Source: an uncultured Erysipelotrichaceae bacterium
GTDB lineage: Bacteria; Bacillota_I; Bacilli_A; RFN20; CAG-826
Length of the DNA: 64,000 bases
Direction: 5' to 3'
Assembly: GCA_902797855.1 (NCBI GenBank)
Contig: CADBUI010000026.1
Location: 1,626 to 65,625, forward strand
Of this stretch, positions 37,991 to 46,991 are shown one piece after another (positions within the stretch are counted from its first letter, which is position 1; each line of letters starts with the position of its first letter). The notes under the pieces are model-generated. The model was not told the DNA's origin. It did not search any database and saw only the letters and a list, made by a program, of their open reading frames with translations. A program made the position numbers and the translations under genes.

Positions 37991-39267
37991 TTGATCAAAA
38001 AGTAATAATTGATAATCCAGAATTAATTGCTCAAAAATTAGCGAAAAAAGGATGTAAAGTAGACTTTGGACCATTCTTAAAAATGGTTGAAAGAAGAAAA
38101 GAACTCCTTTTGACAGTTGAAAACGCAAAAGCGGAAAGAAATAGATTATCAGCAAGTGTTCCACAAGTTAAAAAAGAGGGTGGAGATGTCCAAGCAATTT
38201 TTGCAAAAGTTAAAGAGATCGCTGCAAAGAGCGCTGAAGACGAAAAAGAACTACTTTCTTTAGAAGAAGAAATTAAAAATTTCTTACTTCCACTTCCAAA
38301 CCTACCAGATGACGACTTACTTCCTGGTGGAAAAGAAAACAATAAAGTCATCCATGAATACGGCAAAGTTCAAGAATTCTCATTTAAACCAAAAGATCAT
38401 GTTGAACTATGTGAATCCCTTGGCTTAATTGATTATGTTCGTGGTGCGAAGATGAGTGGACACGGTTGTTGGGTTTATACCGGACTTGGTGCTCAACTTG
38501 AATGGGCCTTACTTAACTTCTTCATTAGTGAACATCTTAAAGATGGTTATAAATTTATTCTTCCTCCACACATCCTTAACGAACAAAGTGGATATGTTGC
38601 AGGACAATTCCCAAAATTTATTGATGATGTCTTCTCTTTAGAAGGTATTTCTCCACGTAAGTTCATTCTTCCAACTGCCGAAACCGCTCTTGTAAATATG
38701 CATAGAGATGAAATCCTTTCAGAGGACGAATTACCACTTAAATATTTTGCCTACACTCCATGTTACCGTAAGGAAGCCGGAACATATCGTACTGAAGAAA
38801 GAGGCATGATTAGAGGATATCAATTCAACAAAGTTGAAATGTTCCAATATACAACCCAAGAACAAGATCAAGCAGCCTTTGAAGAACTTGTTACAAAAGC
38901 CACTTCATTAATGCAAAAACTTGGTCTTACATTCAGAGTTTCTAAGCTTGCTGCTGAAGATATTTCTGCTTCAATGGCAAGAACCTATGATATCGAAGTT
39001 TATATTCCATCCATGGGCATATTTAAAGAAGTCTCTAGTGTTTCTACCGCTCATACATATCAAGCTCGTAGAGGTATGATTCGTTACCGCGATAAAGAAA
39101 CCGGAAAAACCAAATATGCTTGTACACTTAATGGTTCTGGACTTGCTACTTCAAGGGTTTTCCCAGCTATTATTGAACAATTTCAACAAGCTGATGGAAG
39201 TGTAATTATTCCTGAAGTTCTCCGTCCATTTATGGGTGGACTTACTAAACTTGAACCTAAGAAATAG
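37987..39267 (+). CDS. serS: Seryl-tRNA synthetase
   Basis: N-terminal coiled-coil arm and class II motifs (YTPCYRKEAG, GYQFNKVEMF, LNGSGLATSRV). Confidence 0.95.
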   Translation: MIDQKVIIDNPELIAQKLAKKGCKVDFGPFLKMVERRKELLLTVENAKAERNRLSASVPQVKKEGGDVQAIFAKVKEIAAKSAEDEKELLSLEEEIKNFLLPLPNLPDDDLLPGGKENNKVIHEYGKVQEFSFKPKDHVELCESLGLIDYVRGAKMSGHGCWVYTGLGAQLEWALLNFFISEHLKDGYKFILPPHILNEQSGYVAGQFPKFIDDVFSLEGISPRKFILPTAETALVNMHRDEILSEDELPLKYFAYTPCYRKEAGTYRTEERGMIRGYQFNKVEMFQYTTQEQDQAAFEELVTKATSLMQKLGLTFRVSKLAAEDISASMARTYDIEVYIPSMGIFKEVSSVSTAHTYQARRGMIRYRDKETGKTKYACTLNGSGLATSRVFPAIIEQFQQADGSVIIPEVLRPFMGGLTKLEPKK

Positions 39268-39279
39268 TTAATTTAGAAG

Positions 39280-39310
39280 ACAACCTAACAAAATAGGTTG
39301 TTTTCTTTTT
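39280..39310 (+). terminator. Rho-independent terminator of serS
   Basis: ACAACCT(39280..39286)/AGGTTGT(39295..39301) followed by TTTCTTTTT. Confidence 0.75.
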
Positions 39311-39334
39311 ATCTAATTTTCTATATAATTATTT

Positions 39335-39416
39335 CGCCATCGCGATACATAACTACGAACCAGGTCAGGATGGGAACATAGCAGCCTTAAGTAACTTGTG
39401 CATGTGCGATGGTTTT
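39335..39416 (+). ncRNA. ffs: Small (4.5S-type) signal recognition particle RNA
   Basis: CCAGGTCAGG-ATG-GGAA-CAT-AGCAGCC matches the universally conserved SRP domain IV (symmetric loop plus GGAA tetraloop closed by AUG/CAU). The terminal helix is CCATCGC(39337..39343)/GCGATGG(39406..39412) followed by TTTT. TATAAT lies at 39324..39329. The position next to tadA matches scr in Bacillus. Ends are uncertain by about 5 nt. Confidence 0.88.
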
Positions 39417-39422
39417 ATTAAT

Positions 39423-39878
39423 ATGAACGTCGATGAAAAATATATGTCTATCGCTATTAAAGAAGCTAAAAAAGCTGAAGCTTTAGACGAGGTTCCAGTT
39501 GGATGCGTTATTGTCAAAGACAATAAGATAATCGCGAAAGGACACAATTTAAGAGAGCAAAAACTCGATCCAACAATGCATGCTGAAATTGTCGCAATTA
39601 GAAAGGCATGTAAGAAAAATAAAAGTTGGAGACTTGAAGGCTCAACTATATATGTCACTATCGAACCATGTGCAATGTGTGCTGGGACAATTTTATGGTC
39701 TAGATGCGCAAAAATTGTTTATGGTGCTAGTGATCCAAAAGGTGGAGCAATTGAATCATCTTTGCATTTATTTGAATCTAAAAATATCAATCATCATCCT
39801 GAAATTGTTGGTGGCGTTTTAAAAGAAGAATGCGCCCAAATTATTAAGGATTATTTCAAAAACAAAAGAAAACAGTAA
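39423..39878 (+). CDS. tadA: tRNA-specific adenosine deaminase
   Basis: The CDA zinc motifs HAEIVAIRKA and PCAMCAGTI are present. I prefer the ATG at 39423 (MNVDEKYMSIAIKEAKKA). The ORF-track start at 39396 lies inside the SRP RNA. Confidence 0.9.
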   Translation: MNVDEKYMSIAIKEAKKAEALDEVPVGCVIVKDNKIIAKGHNLREQKLDPTMHAEIVAIRKACKKNKSWRLEGSTIYVTIEPCAMCAGTILWSRCAKIVYGASDPKGGAIESSLHLFESKNINHHPEIVGGVLKEECAQIIKDYFKNKRKQ

Positions 39879-39892
39879 ATTATATAATAATT

Positions 39893-39921
39893 TGACACTG
39901 TATGAATTATTTAGTTATACT
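39893..39921 (+). promoter_or_regulatory. Near-consensus sigma-A-type promoter (TTGACA-17-TATACT) for the P-type ATPase cluster
   Basis: TTGACA at 39893..39898, a 17-nt spacer, and TATACT at 39916..39921. Confidence 0.5.
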
Positions 39922-39949
39922 TGTAAGCGAAAAGTATAACTTTTATTTT
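39913..39949 (+). terminator. Terminator of tadA (10-bp perfect stem)
   Basis: AGTTATACTT(39913..39922)/AAGTATAACT(39932..39941) followed by TTTTATTTT. Confidence 0.6.
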
Positions 39950-39959
39950 GCTAGTATTT

Positions 39960-42482
39960 ATGCGTGAATTATCAAATAAAATTGAAACAAGAATATCTAA
40001 CGCAACACAAATAGATGTTGATTTAAATACTGGTTTAAAAGATAAAGATGTTGAATTAAGAATTGAAGAGGGTCTAACAAACAAATCTCCAAAACGTGTT
40101 ACAAAATCCTATTTCAGAATCTTTATTGATAACTTTTTAAATTTCTTCAACATTCTTTTATTTATTATTGGAGCATTTTTACTTCTTGCCCAAGTGGGCT
40201 TTGATGATATTAGCGATATTAAATACTATTTCTTCTTAATCATCTTATTTGCGAACATCTTTATTGGCTTTGGTCAAGATGTACACGCTAGAAAACTAGT
40301 GGATAAATTAAAAGTTGTTTCTAGCCCAACTGCTATTGCACTTAGAAATGGTAAGTCTCTTGAGTTAGCTTCAAACGATTTGGTGCTTTCTGACATTGTT
40401 ATTCTTAAAACTGGTGATCAAATTGTCGCGGATGCGATTGTTGTTGAAGGATTTCTTGAAGTTAATGAATCTTTATTAACTGGAGAATCAGTTGATGTTA
40501 AAAAACCTGTAGGATCTACTGTCTTTTCTGGTTCTTATGTCACTAGTGGTAAGGCTAAAGTTCAAATTATTAAGGTTGGCAAAGCTAATTATGCTGAAAA
40601 ACTACAAGATCAAGCTAAGGCATTTAAAAGACCAAAATCTGAAATTATTAAAAGCTTAAATAATATCTTCAAGGTTATTGGCGGAACTGTAATTGTTTTT
40701 GGAATTGCTCTTGTTATTACCTTCGTATCACAAAGTAAGATTATCTATCCTTTCTATAGCGAGGTTTCACAAGAATCAATTAAACAAATCGCTGGTTCTT
40801 TAGTATCCATGATCCCAACTGGAATGTATCTTCTTACGTCCACCACTTTGGCGCTTGGAGTCATTAGACTTGCTAGAAGAAGAATGTTGGTCCAAGAACT
40901 CTATTGTATTGAGATGCTCGCTAGAGTAGATGTTCTTTGTTTAGATAAAACAGGCACATTAACAGATGGCACTATGAAGGTGTCTGATATCCTTCCATTT
41001 AGTAAAATCTCTAAAGAAGAACTTAAGAAAATTCTTATTTCAATTGTTAAAGGTACAAAAGACACGAATAGTACTGCAAATGCGATTAATGATGCATTTA
41101 AAGATAATGAATCCTTTAAAGTTGTAAAATCTTTCCCATTCAATAGCGCTAAGAAGATGTCCATGATTCAAAGCGATAATGGATATACTTATGTTTTAGG
41201 TGCAAGAGAATTCGTGCCTTTCAAAAATGAAGTAGTTAATAAAAAATGCGCTGAACATGAAGCAAATGCTGAAAGGGTTTTAGTTGTTGGAAGAACTAGT
41301 AAACCTGTAACAGGATTTGATGATTTACCAACATTTGATATTGTTGGAATAGTTTTGCTCGAAGACCATATTAAAGATGATGCTTATGAAAACATTAAGT
41401 GGTTTAAAGATAATGGAGTTCATATCAAAATTATTTCTGGTGATAATGCTTTAAGTGTCAGTAAAATTGCTCAAAAAGTAGGCGTAGAAAACGCTGATAA
41501 ATATATTTCCTTAGAAGCGATGCCTTTAGATGAAGTCGCTAAAATCGCTAATAATTACACAGTATTTGGCAGAGTTTCTCCTGAGCAAAAAGAAGCTCTC
41601 GTTAGTGCTCTTAGAGCTGAGAAACATACAGTTGCTATGACTGGTGATGGAGTTAATGATATTTTAGCGCTTAAGAGTGCAGATTGTTCTATCGCTATGG
41701 CTAGTGGATCTGCAGCAGCTAGAAACGTTGCTCACTTAGTTTCTCTTGAATCAAATTTCTCAACACTTCCACAAGTTGTCGCGGAAGGTCGAAGAGTTAT
41801 TAATAACTTACAAAGAACATGTGCTCTTTTCTTAGTTAAAACCACATTCGCTGTATTAGTTACACTAGTGTGCTTAATTAGAGCCTGGTCATATCCAGGA
41901 GTAAATATCTTCCCGTTTGTTACGCCAAACTTGTTCGTGTGGGAATTTGCTACTATCGGAGTGTCTTCACTCTTCCTATCATTCCAACCAAACGATGAAA
42001 GACTTTCTGGCGGGTTTGTTGTTAACATTTTAAAGAAAGCCGCACCTAATGGCTTAACAGTTGTTTTAGTGACATTATCAATTCTTGCTATTAGTTGGGT
42101 TAATCCCGAATTCTTATCAAACGATGGTGCAATTACCTTAGCGACACTTGCATTTACAGCCTATAGCTTTGTAGTTCTCTTCCAGATCTGCCGTCCATTC
42201 GATATATTTAGAATCGTTTTGTTTGTTGGAGTAGTTCTTGTTTCATCATTAGCGATATTTCTAGATGCAGTCGTCTTACCAGCAAAACTTGTCAATGACG
42301 TATCTACGTCGTTTATTTTAGCGCTAAACTATAACGTCTTATCTCAAAGTGGTTTCCCATGGTGGATAGGAATGATTGTTTTTGGTTTATCAATACCAGT
42401 TTGTATTGGTCTAACTTTCTTAACTAGAAAGCTATTTGACCTATTAATTAAATATCATGAAAAGGAGCTTATGAATTTATGA
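39960..42482 (+). CDS. Cation-translocating P-type ATPase (HAD superfamily IC; ion specificity unknown)
   Basis: TGES (LTGESVDV), the phosphorylation site CLDKTGTLT, the hinge MTGDGVNDILALK and about 10 TM helices. The start is uncertain: ATG at 39960 against the track's TTG at 39948, which lies in the terminator T-run. Confidence 0.85.
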   Translation: MRELSNKIETRISNATQIDVDLNTGLKDKDVELRIEEGLTNKSPKRVTKSYFRIFIDNFLNFFNILLFIIGAFLLLAQVGFDDISDIKYYFFLIILFANIFIGFGQDVHARKLVDKLKVVSSPTAIALRNGKSLELASNDLVLSDIVILKTGDQIVADAIVVEGFLEVNESLLTGESVDVKKPVGSTVFSGSYVTSGKAKVQIIKVGKANYAEKLQDQAKAFKRPKSEIIKSLNNIFKVIGGTVIVFGIALVITFVSQSKIIYPFYSEVSQESIKQIAGSLVSMIPTGMYLLTSTTLALGVIRLARRRMLVQELYCIEMLARVDVLCLDKTGTLTDGTMKVSDILPFSKISKEELKKILISIVKGTKDTNSTANAINDAFKDNESFKVVKSFPFNSAKKMSMIQSDNGYTYVLGAREFVPFKNEVVNKKCAEHEANAERVLVVGRTSKPVTGFDDLPTFDIVGIVLLEDHIKDDAYENIKWFKDNGVHIKIISGDNALSVSKIAQKVGVENADKYISLEAMPLDEVAKIANNYTVFGRVSPEQKEALVSALRAEKHTVAMTGDGVNDILALKSADCSIAMASGSAAARNVAHLVSLESNFSTLPQVVAEGRRVINNLQRTCALFLVKTTFAVLVTLVCLIRAWSYPGVNIFPFVTPNLFVWEFATIGVSSLFLSFQPNDERLSGGFVVNILKKAAPNGLTVVLVTLSILAISWVNPEFLSNDGAITLATLAFTAYSFVVLFQICRPFDIFRIVLFVGVVLVSSLAIFLDAVVLPAKLVNDVSTSFILALNYNVLSQSGFPWWIGMIVFGLSIPVCIGLTFLTRKLFDLLIKYHEKELMNL

Positions 42483-43381
42483 GAATGTCTAAAGAAGTTG
42501 AACTAGCATTAAAGAAAGGCGAACCTGTTGTAGCGCTTGAATCTACAATTATTTCCCATGGTATGCCTTATCCAAAAAATGTTGAAACTGCAATGCTAGT
42601 GGAAAAGACAATTAGAGATAACGGAGCAGTACCTGCCACTATTGGAATTATCGATGGTGAACCAGTTATTGGTATGTCACCAGAAGAAATAGAAGAATTT
42701 GGAAAAAGAAAAGGTATTAGAAAAGTATCTAGAAGAGATCTACCAATTGTTTTTGCTAACAAAGAATGGGGTGCAACAACAGTTGCCGCCACAATGATAT
42801 GTGCAAATATGGCAGGAATCGAAATCTTTGTTACTGGTGGTGTTGGAGGTGCTCATAGAGGAGCGCAAAACACATTCGATATTTCTGCTGACTTAGAAGA
42901 ACTTGGTAAAACTAATGTCACAGTTATTTCTGCTGGAGTTAAAGCTATCTTAGATTTAAATCTCACCTTAGAAATTTTAGAAACTAAAGGTGTTCCAGTT
43001 CTTTCTTATCAATCTGATGAATTTGCAGATTTCTACACACGTCATTCTGGAATAAAAATGGAGAACGTTGTGAATTCACCTCTTGAAATCGCTAAGATTA
43101 TCAAAGCAAAAAGAGAAAATAAACTTGATGGCGGCATGCTTGTCGCTAACCCAATTCCAGAAGAATTCGCAATGGATGATAAAGTCATCAATACTGCAAT
43201 TGAAAAAGCTTTAAAGATGGCCGATGAACAAGGAGTGAAAGGTAAAGATGTCACCCCATTCCTTCTTAAAACCATTGTTGAACTCACTGGTGGAGATTCA
43301 CTTGAATCAAATATCAAACTTGTTTTAAATAACGCAAAGTTGGGCGCGAAAGTCGCTAGAGAATTATCTGAGATTAAATAA
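42479..43381 (+). CDS. psuG: Pseudouridine-5'-phosphate glycosidase
   Basis: VVALESTIISHGMPYPKN, FVTGGVGGAHRG and ISADLEELG motifs. There is an ATGA overlap with the ATPase stop. The SD AAGGAG lies 11 nt upstream. Confidence 0.85.
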   Translation: MRMSKEVELALKKGEPVVALESTIISHGMPYPKNVETAMLVEKTIRDNGAVPATIGIIDGEPVIGMSPEEIEEFGKRKGIRKVSRRDLPIVFANKEWGATTVAATMICANMAGIEIFVTGGVGGAHRGAQNTFDISADLEELGKTNVTVISAGVKAILDLNLTLEILETKGVPVLSYQSDEFADFYTRHSGIKMENVVNSPLEIAKIIKAKRENKLDGGMLVANPIPEEFAMDDKVINTAIEKALKMADEQGVKGKDVTPFLLKTIVELTGGDSLESNIKLVLNNAKLGAKVARELSEIK

Positions 43382-43383
43382 TT

Positions 43384-43932
43384 ATGAAAACCGAATCAAA
43401 ATACCGCGAAGGTTTAAAGGAATTGCTTAAAGAAAAATCACTCGACGAAATTAATGTCGTGCTTCTTTGTAAATTCGTTAATTCCAATCGTCAAACTTTC
43501 TATTATCATTATCGAGATATCTCTGATGTTGTTGAGAATATTTTTCTTAAAGAAAAAATTGATATTTCGAAGAAAGCAACGGATTTTGATTCATTTAATA
43601 GATTAACGATTAACTATATCAATAGTAATTACAATTTCTTATCGAAGATTGCTAAGTCATATACTTCAAATAAACTTAGAGAATTTTTCTTCTCAAATTA
43701 CTATCGAAAGATTTCTCAATTCTTAAAGAAATCTAAGATTAGTTCAAATGACATGTTTGTGATTAATCGATATATTTCAAATATTGTTTCTACTGAACTA
43801 TTTTTCTATGTTTCCACAAAACGTAAAGAAAAACCTGCTTCATTATTAAAACGATTCTCAATTATATGGGATTATTTCACCAAACAATATCTACTAGATT
43901 TAAATGCAAAGAAGGGCGCTAAACGTGATTAA
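43384..43932 (+). CDS. TetR-like regulator (DhaS-type, short HTH N-terminus)
   Basis: LDEINVVLLCKFVNSNRQTFYYHYRDISDVV resembles a TetR HTH ending in the FYYHF motif. Confidence 0.55.
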   Translation: MKTESKYREGLKELLKEKSLDEINVVLLCKFVNSNRQTFYYHYRDISDVVENIFLKEKIDISKKATDFDSFNRLTINYINSNYNFLSKIAKSYTSNKLREFFFSNYYRKISQFLKKSKISSNDMFVINRYISNIVSTELFFYVSTKRKEKPASLLKRFSIIWDYFTKQYLLDLNAKKGAKRD

Positions 43933-45100
43933 TTTTGATTTTGTTTCCCCAACTAAAATTTATTTTGGTAAAGATCGCGAAAACGAGATTGGTAACATTA
44001 TCTCTTCTTTTGGATTTAGTAGAGTCTTACTAGTTTATGGAATGTCTTCTATTAAAAGAAGTGGTCTATACCAGAGAGTAGTAGATAAATTAGATAAATC
44101 TAAAATAACTCATTTTGAAGTTTCAGGAGTAAGAGCTAATCCAGAGATATCATTATCTAGACTAGGTATCGAAATATGTAGAATGAATAACATTGAACTT
44201 GTTCTTGCAATAGGAGGAGGTTCAGTTATCGATACCGCTAAATCAATTGCCTGCGGAGTGTTTTATGATGGTGATACTTTTGATTTTAATCTTCATAAAG
44301 CGTTACCTACTAAGGCTTTACCAGTTGGAGTAATTTTAACTATTTCAGCATCAGGTTCTGAATTATCTAATTCATGCGTCATGATGGATGATAAGACTGG
44401 AATCAAGCAAGGATTTAATCACGATTTAAATAAACCTTTATTTGCTGTTTGTAATCCAGAACTAACTTATAGTGTTGATAAATATCAAACTGGATGTGGG
44501 ATAGTTGATATTATTTCTCACTCACTTGAAAGGTATTTTTGTCCATCTAATGAACTAGAATTCGCAGACTCTATCGCTTTAGCGATTATTAAAGATATGG
44601 TTAAAGTTGGACCTATTTGCATTAATGATCCAACTAATTATGACGCTAGAGCGGTGATGATGCTTGATAGCTCATATTCTCATAATGGTTTAACTGGTCT
44701 AGGTAAATCATTTAGATTCCCAATCCATGCGATGGAACATATTCTTTCTGCTTTTGATATTAAGATCGCTCATGGAGCAGGATTATCCGTTCTTATTCCA
44801 GGTTGGATTAAGTTTACTTATAAATATGATATTGATAAATTTGTGCGCTTCTTTAAGGAAGTGTTTGATATTAATGTTGCTGATAAAGAAGAGTGTGTTA
44901 AAATTGGTATACAATCTTTGAAGAACTTCTTCAAATCGATTGGAATGCCTATCACTCTAAGCGAATTAAATCTTCATGAAAGTGATATCCCTAATTTAGT
45001 GAATTTGATGACTCTAGACGGTACACGTTTGATTGGCCAAGGAACAATCAAAACACTAGATAAAGAGGAAATTACCTTGTTGTTAAAGGATTTGCTCTAG
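43925..45100 (+). CDS. Iron-containing (group III) alcohol dehydrogenase, YqhD/butanol-DH-like
   Basis: INFDFVSPTKIYFGKD start, the NAD(P) motif AIGGGSVIDTAK, and metal-ligand His residues (ISHSLERYF, HAMEH). I prefer the GTG at 43925 with GAAGGG 8 nt upstream. The track's ATG at 43904 lacks an SD. Confidence 0.85.
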   Translation: MINFDFVSPTKIYFGKDRENEIGNIISSFGFSRVLLVYGMSSIKRSGLYQRVVDKLDKSKITHFEVSGVRANPEISLSRLGIEICRMNNIELVLAIGGGSVIDTAKSIACGVFYDGDTFDFNLHKALPTKALPVGVILTISASGSELSNSCVMMDDKTGIKQGFNHDLNKPLFAVCNPELTYSVDKYQTGCGIVDIISHSLERYFCPSNELEFADSIALAIIKDMVKVGPICINDPTNYDARAVMMLDSSYSHNGLTGLGKSFRFPIHAMEHILSAFDIKIAHGAGLSVLIPGWIKFTYKYDIDKFVRFFKEVFDINVADKEECVKIGIQSLKNFFKSIGMPITLSELNLHESDIPNLVNLMTLDGTRLIGQGTIKTLDKEEITLLLKDLL

Positions 45101-45111
45101 AGGAGGTAAGT

Positions 45112-46236
45112 ATGAAAAAATCAGATATTGCAGGATTTGTTATATATATCTTGATGTTTGCTATCGCCATTACCATTGGCATTTTTGTTATTAGGACATT
45201 ATTTAATCCTAGCCCATTTGGTGGCGGTGCTTTCATGCCATATTTATGGACGCTTTTAATTATATTAAGTGCTTTAGTAGTGAATTCGTTTGGGTTAGAA
45301 CTACTTCATTTACTAGGTGGCAAACTTGGTGGATATAATATTGTCGCATTTAATGTCTTTGGATTATGTTTTTATAAAGCTCTTGGAAAATGGAAATTTG
45401 GTTTTAAATCATTTGATGGACTTACCGGAGAAACTGTTCTTGCTCCAAAAAGCGAAAAGAGCAAACCTCACGCCTATGTGTGGTTCCCAATTCTTGGATA
45501 TTTAATCGAATTAATCGCGGGTATTGTTATCTTTACAATTTTCAAAGGAAAAAGCAGCGAATCATGGAAGGCGATAGTTGCCTTATTCGCGATTATTTAT
45601 ATTACCGTCAGCTCGATGATTGCCTTATATAATTTCTTCCCAGCTAGACTTGATTCTATGACTGACGGATATCGTTTAACTTTAATTACTAAACCAGTAA
45701 ATGTTGAAGCTTATAACGAACTTATGAGAATTGAGAATTTACAACGTGAAGGTAAAGAAGTTGGATCAATCAAGGTCTTTGAAGAAATTACTGAGTTCAC
45801 CACTGCGATTAACTTAATGTCAGTGTATGAAAAACTTGGTAAACACGAACTTATTGAAGCTGAGAAGATGATTGATAAAATCATTGAATTCCCAGAAAAG
45901 ATTTCTTCCACTACTTACAATAGACTCATCGCTCAAAAGCTATACATCAAAATTATGACTCTTCCAAAAGCTGAAGCTCAAAAATATTATGATGAAAATG
46001 TTGATGATAAGATTCGTAGATTCATTTCTAACGATACATCCATGGAATCAATTAGAGCCTATGTTCTTATCGCTGGTATACTTGATGAATCAAGTGCGGA
46101 AGTTAGCTATGCTAACGCTAGCAAAGCAAAAGCAATGAAGAAGACTCTTCCTGCTAGAGCGAAAGTTGAAGAAGAATTATACGCTGAAGCAATTGCCTTT
46201 GTTAAAAAAGCTCATAAAACTTGGGAAATTGAATAA
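45112..46236 (+). CDS. Site-2-protease (M50)-like membrane protein with a degenerate zinc motif and a C-terminal helical soluble domain
   Basis: LELLHLLGGKLGGYNIVAFNVFGL (45295..) aligns by eye with the M50 HExxHxxxAxxxGxxxxxFxxGFG segment, but the first His is Leu. NFFPARLDSMTDG (45631..45669) resembles the NxxPxxxxDG third-ligand motif. About 190 C-terminal residues are helical and repeat-like. The SD GGAGG precedes the ATG. Confidence 0.45.
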   Translation: MKKSDIAGFVIYILMFAIAITIGIFVIRTLFNPSPFGGGAFMPYLWTLLIILSALVVNSFGLELLHLLGGKLGGYNIVAFNVFGLCFYKALGKWKFGFKSFDGLTGETVLAPKSEKSKPHAYVWFPILGYLIELIAGIVIFTIFKGKSSESWKAIVALFAIIYITVSSMIALYNFFPARLDSMTDGYRLTLITKPVNVEAYNELMRIENLQREGKEVGSIKVFEEITEFTTAINLMSVYEKLGKHELIEAEKMIDKIIEFPEKISSTTYNRLIAQKLYIKIMTLPKAEAQKYYDENVDDKIRRFISNDTSMESIRAYVLIAGILDESSAEVSYANASKAKAMKKTLPARAKVEEELYAEAIAFVKKAHKTWEIE

Positions 46237-46252
46237 GCAACAATAATAATTA

Positions 46253-46274
46253 GGGACGCGACGCGTTCCTTTTT
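46253..46274 (+). terminator. Rho-independent terminator ending the ATPase-to-S2P-like cluster
   Basis: GGGACG...CGTTCC hairpin (46253..46269, includes a G-T pair) followed by TTTTT. Confidence 0.6.
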
Positions 46275-46288
46275 ATTATAATTAAGTT

Positions 46289-46963
46289 ATGTCTAAGCAA
46301 TCTCGAGGTGAAAGAGGCGAATTATTAGTAACAAGTCTTTTAAATAAAAGAAAAGATTATTTTAAGTTATTAAATAATATTACCTTTATTAATAAGACTA
46401 GCGAGATGTCTCATCAGATTGATCATATTTTCATCAATAAATATGGTGTATTTGTGCTTGAAACAAAAAACTATTTTGGCGTAGTTATTAGTGATACGAA
46501 TGATTCATTCTGGCTTAGAGTAATTAGTGGTAAAAAGGAAAAGATCTCAAACCCAATCAAGCAAAATAAATCTCACGCTGTAATAGTGAATAGATTACTT
46601 GATAAAAAGTACGATGTAATTCCTGCTGTAATATTTGCGAGGGATAACGCGCCTTATACTGGGGATGAAAACGTTATTAATTTAAGTGATTTAAATCTAT
46701 TAATTGATTCGTATCCCTATAAGAAACTTTTATCAAACAAAGAGATTGATGAAATCGCTAGCAAGATAGTTAATAGTTCATCAAATATTTCATCAAAAGA
46801 ACATGTTGAGAATATTTCTTATTTAAAAAAAGTTAAAAAGGAATTTGTAAAAGAGATGGAATATGCGATTGAAACTCGTAGATGTCCTAGATGCAATAGT
46901 CCAATATTGAATTCACGTAATGAGTATAGATGCTCTAAATGTGATTTCAAATTTAAATTATAA
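46289..46963 (+). CDS. NERD (nuclease-related domain) protein with a C-terminal C4 zinc ribbon
   Basis: The NERD core is SHQIDHIFINKYGVFVLETKNYFG...NPIKQNKSH. The C-terminus is CPRCNSP...CSKCDF. Confidence 0.75.
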   Translation: MSKQSRGERGELLVTSLLNKRKDYFKLLNNITFINKTSEMSHQIDHIFINKYGVFVLETKNYFGVVISDTNDSFWLRVISGKKEKISNPIKQNKSHAVIVNRLLDKKYDVIPAVIFARDNAPYTGDENVINLSDLNLLIDSYPYKKLLSNKEIDEIASKIVNSSSNISSKEHVENISYLKKVKKEFVKEMEYAIETRRCPRCNSPILNSRNEYRCSKCDFKFKL

Positions 46964-46968
46964 AGAAA

Positions 46969-46991
46969 AGCTACACCATAACGATGTAGCT
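46969..46991. terminator. Hairpin between convergent genes (probable bidirectional terminator)
   Basis: AGCTACA(46969..46975)/TGTAGCT(46985..46991). The flanking T-run is only weak. Confidence 0.45.

Noticed and set aside
39365-39658. A 97-aa minus-strand ORF overlapping tadA and the SRP RNA.
   Set aside because: It is antisense to a gene with clear deaminase zinc motifs, and its 3' part runs through the SRP RNA. I found no SD and no recognisable motif.
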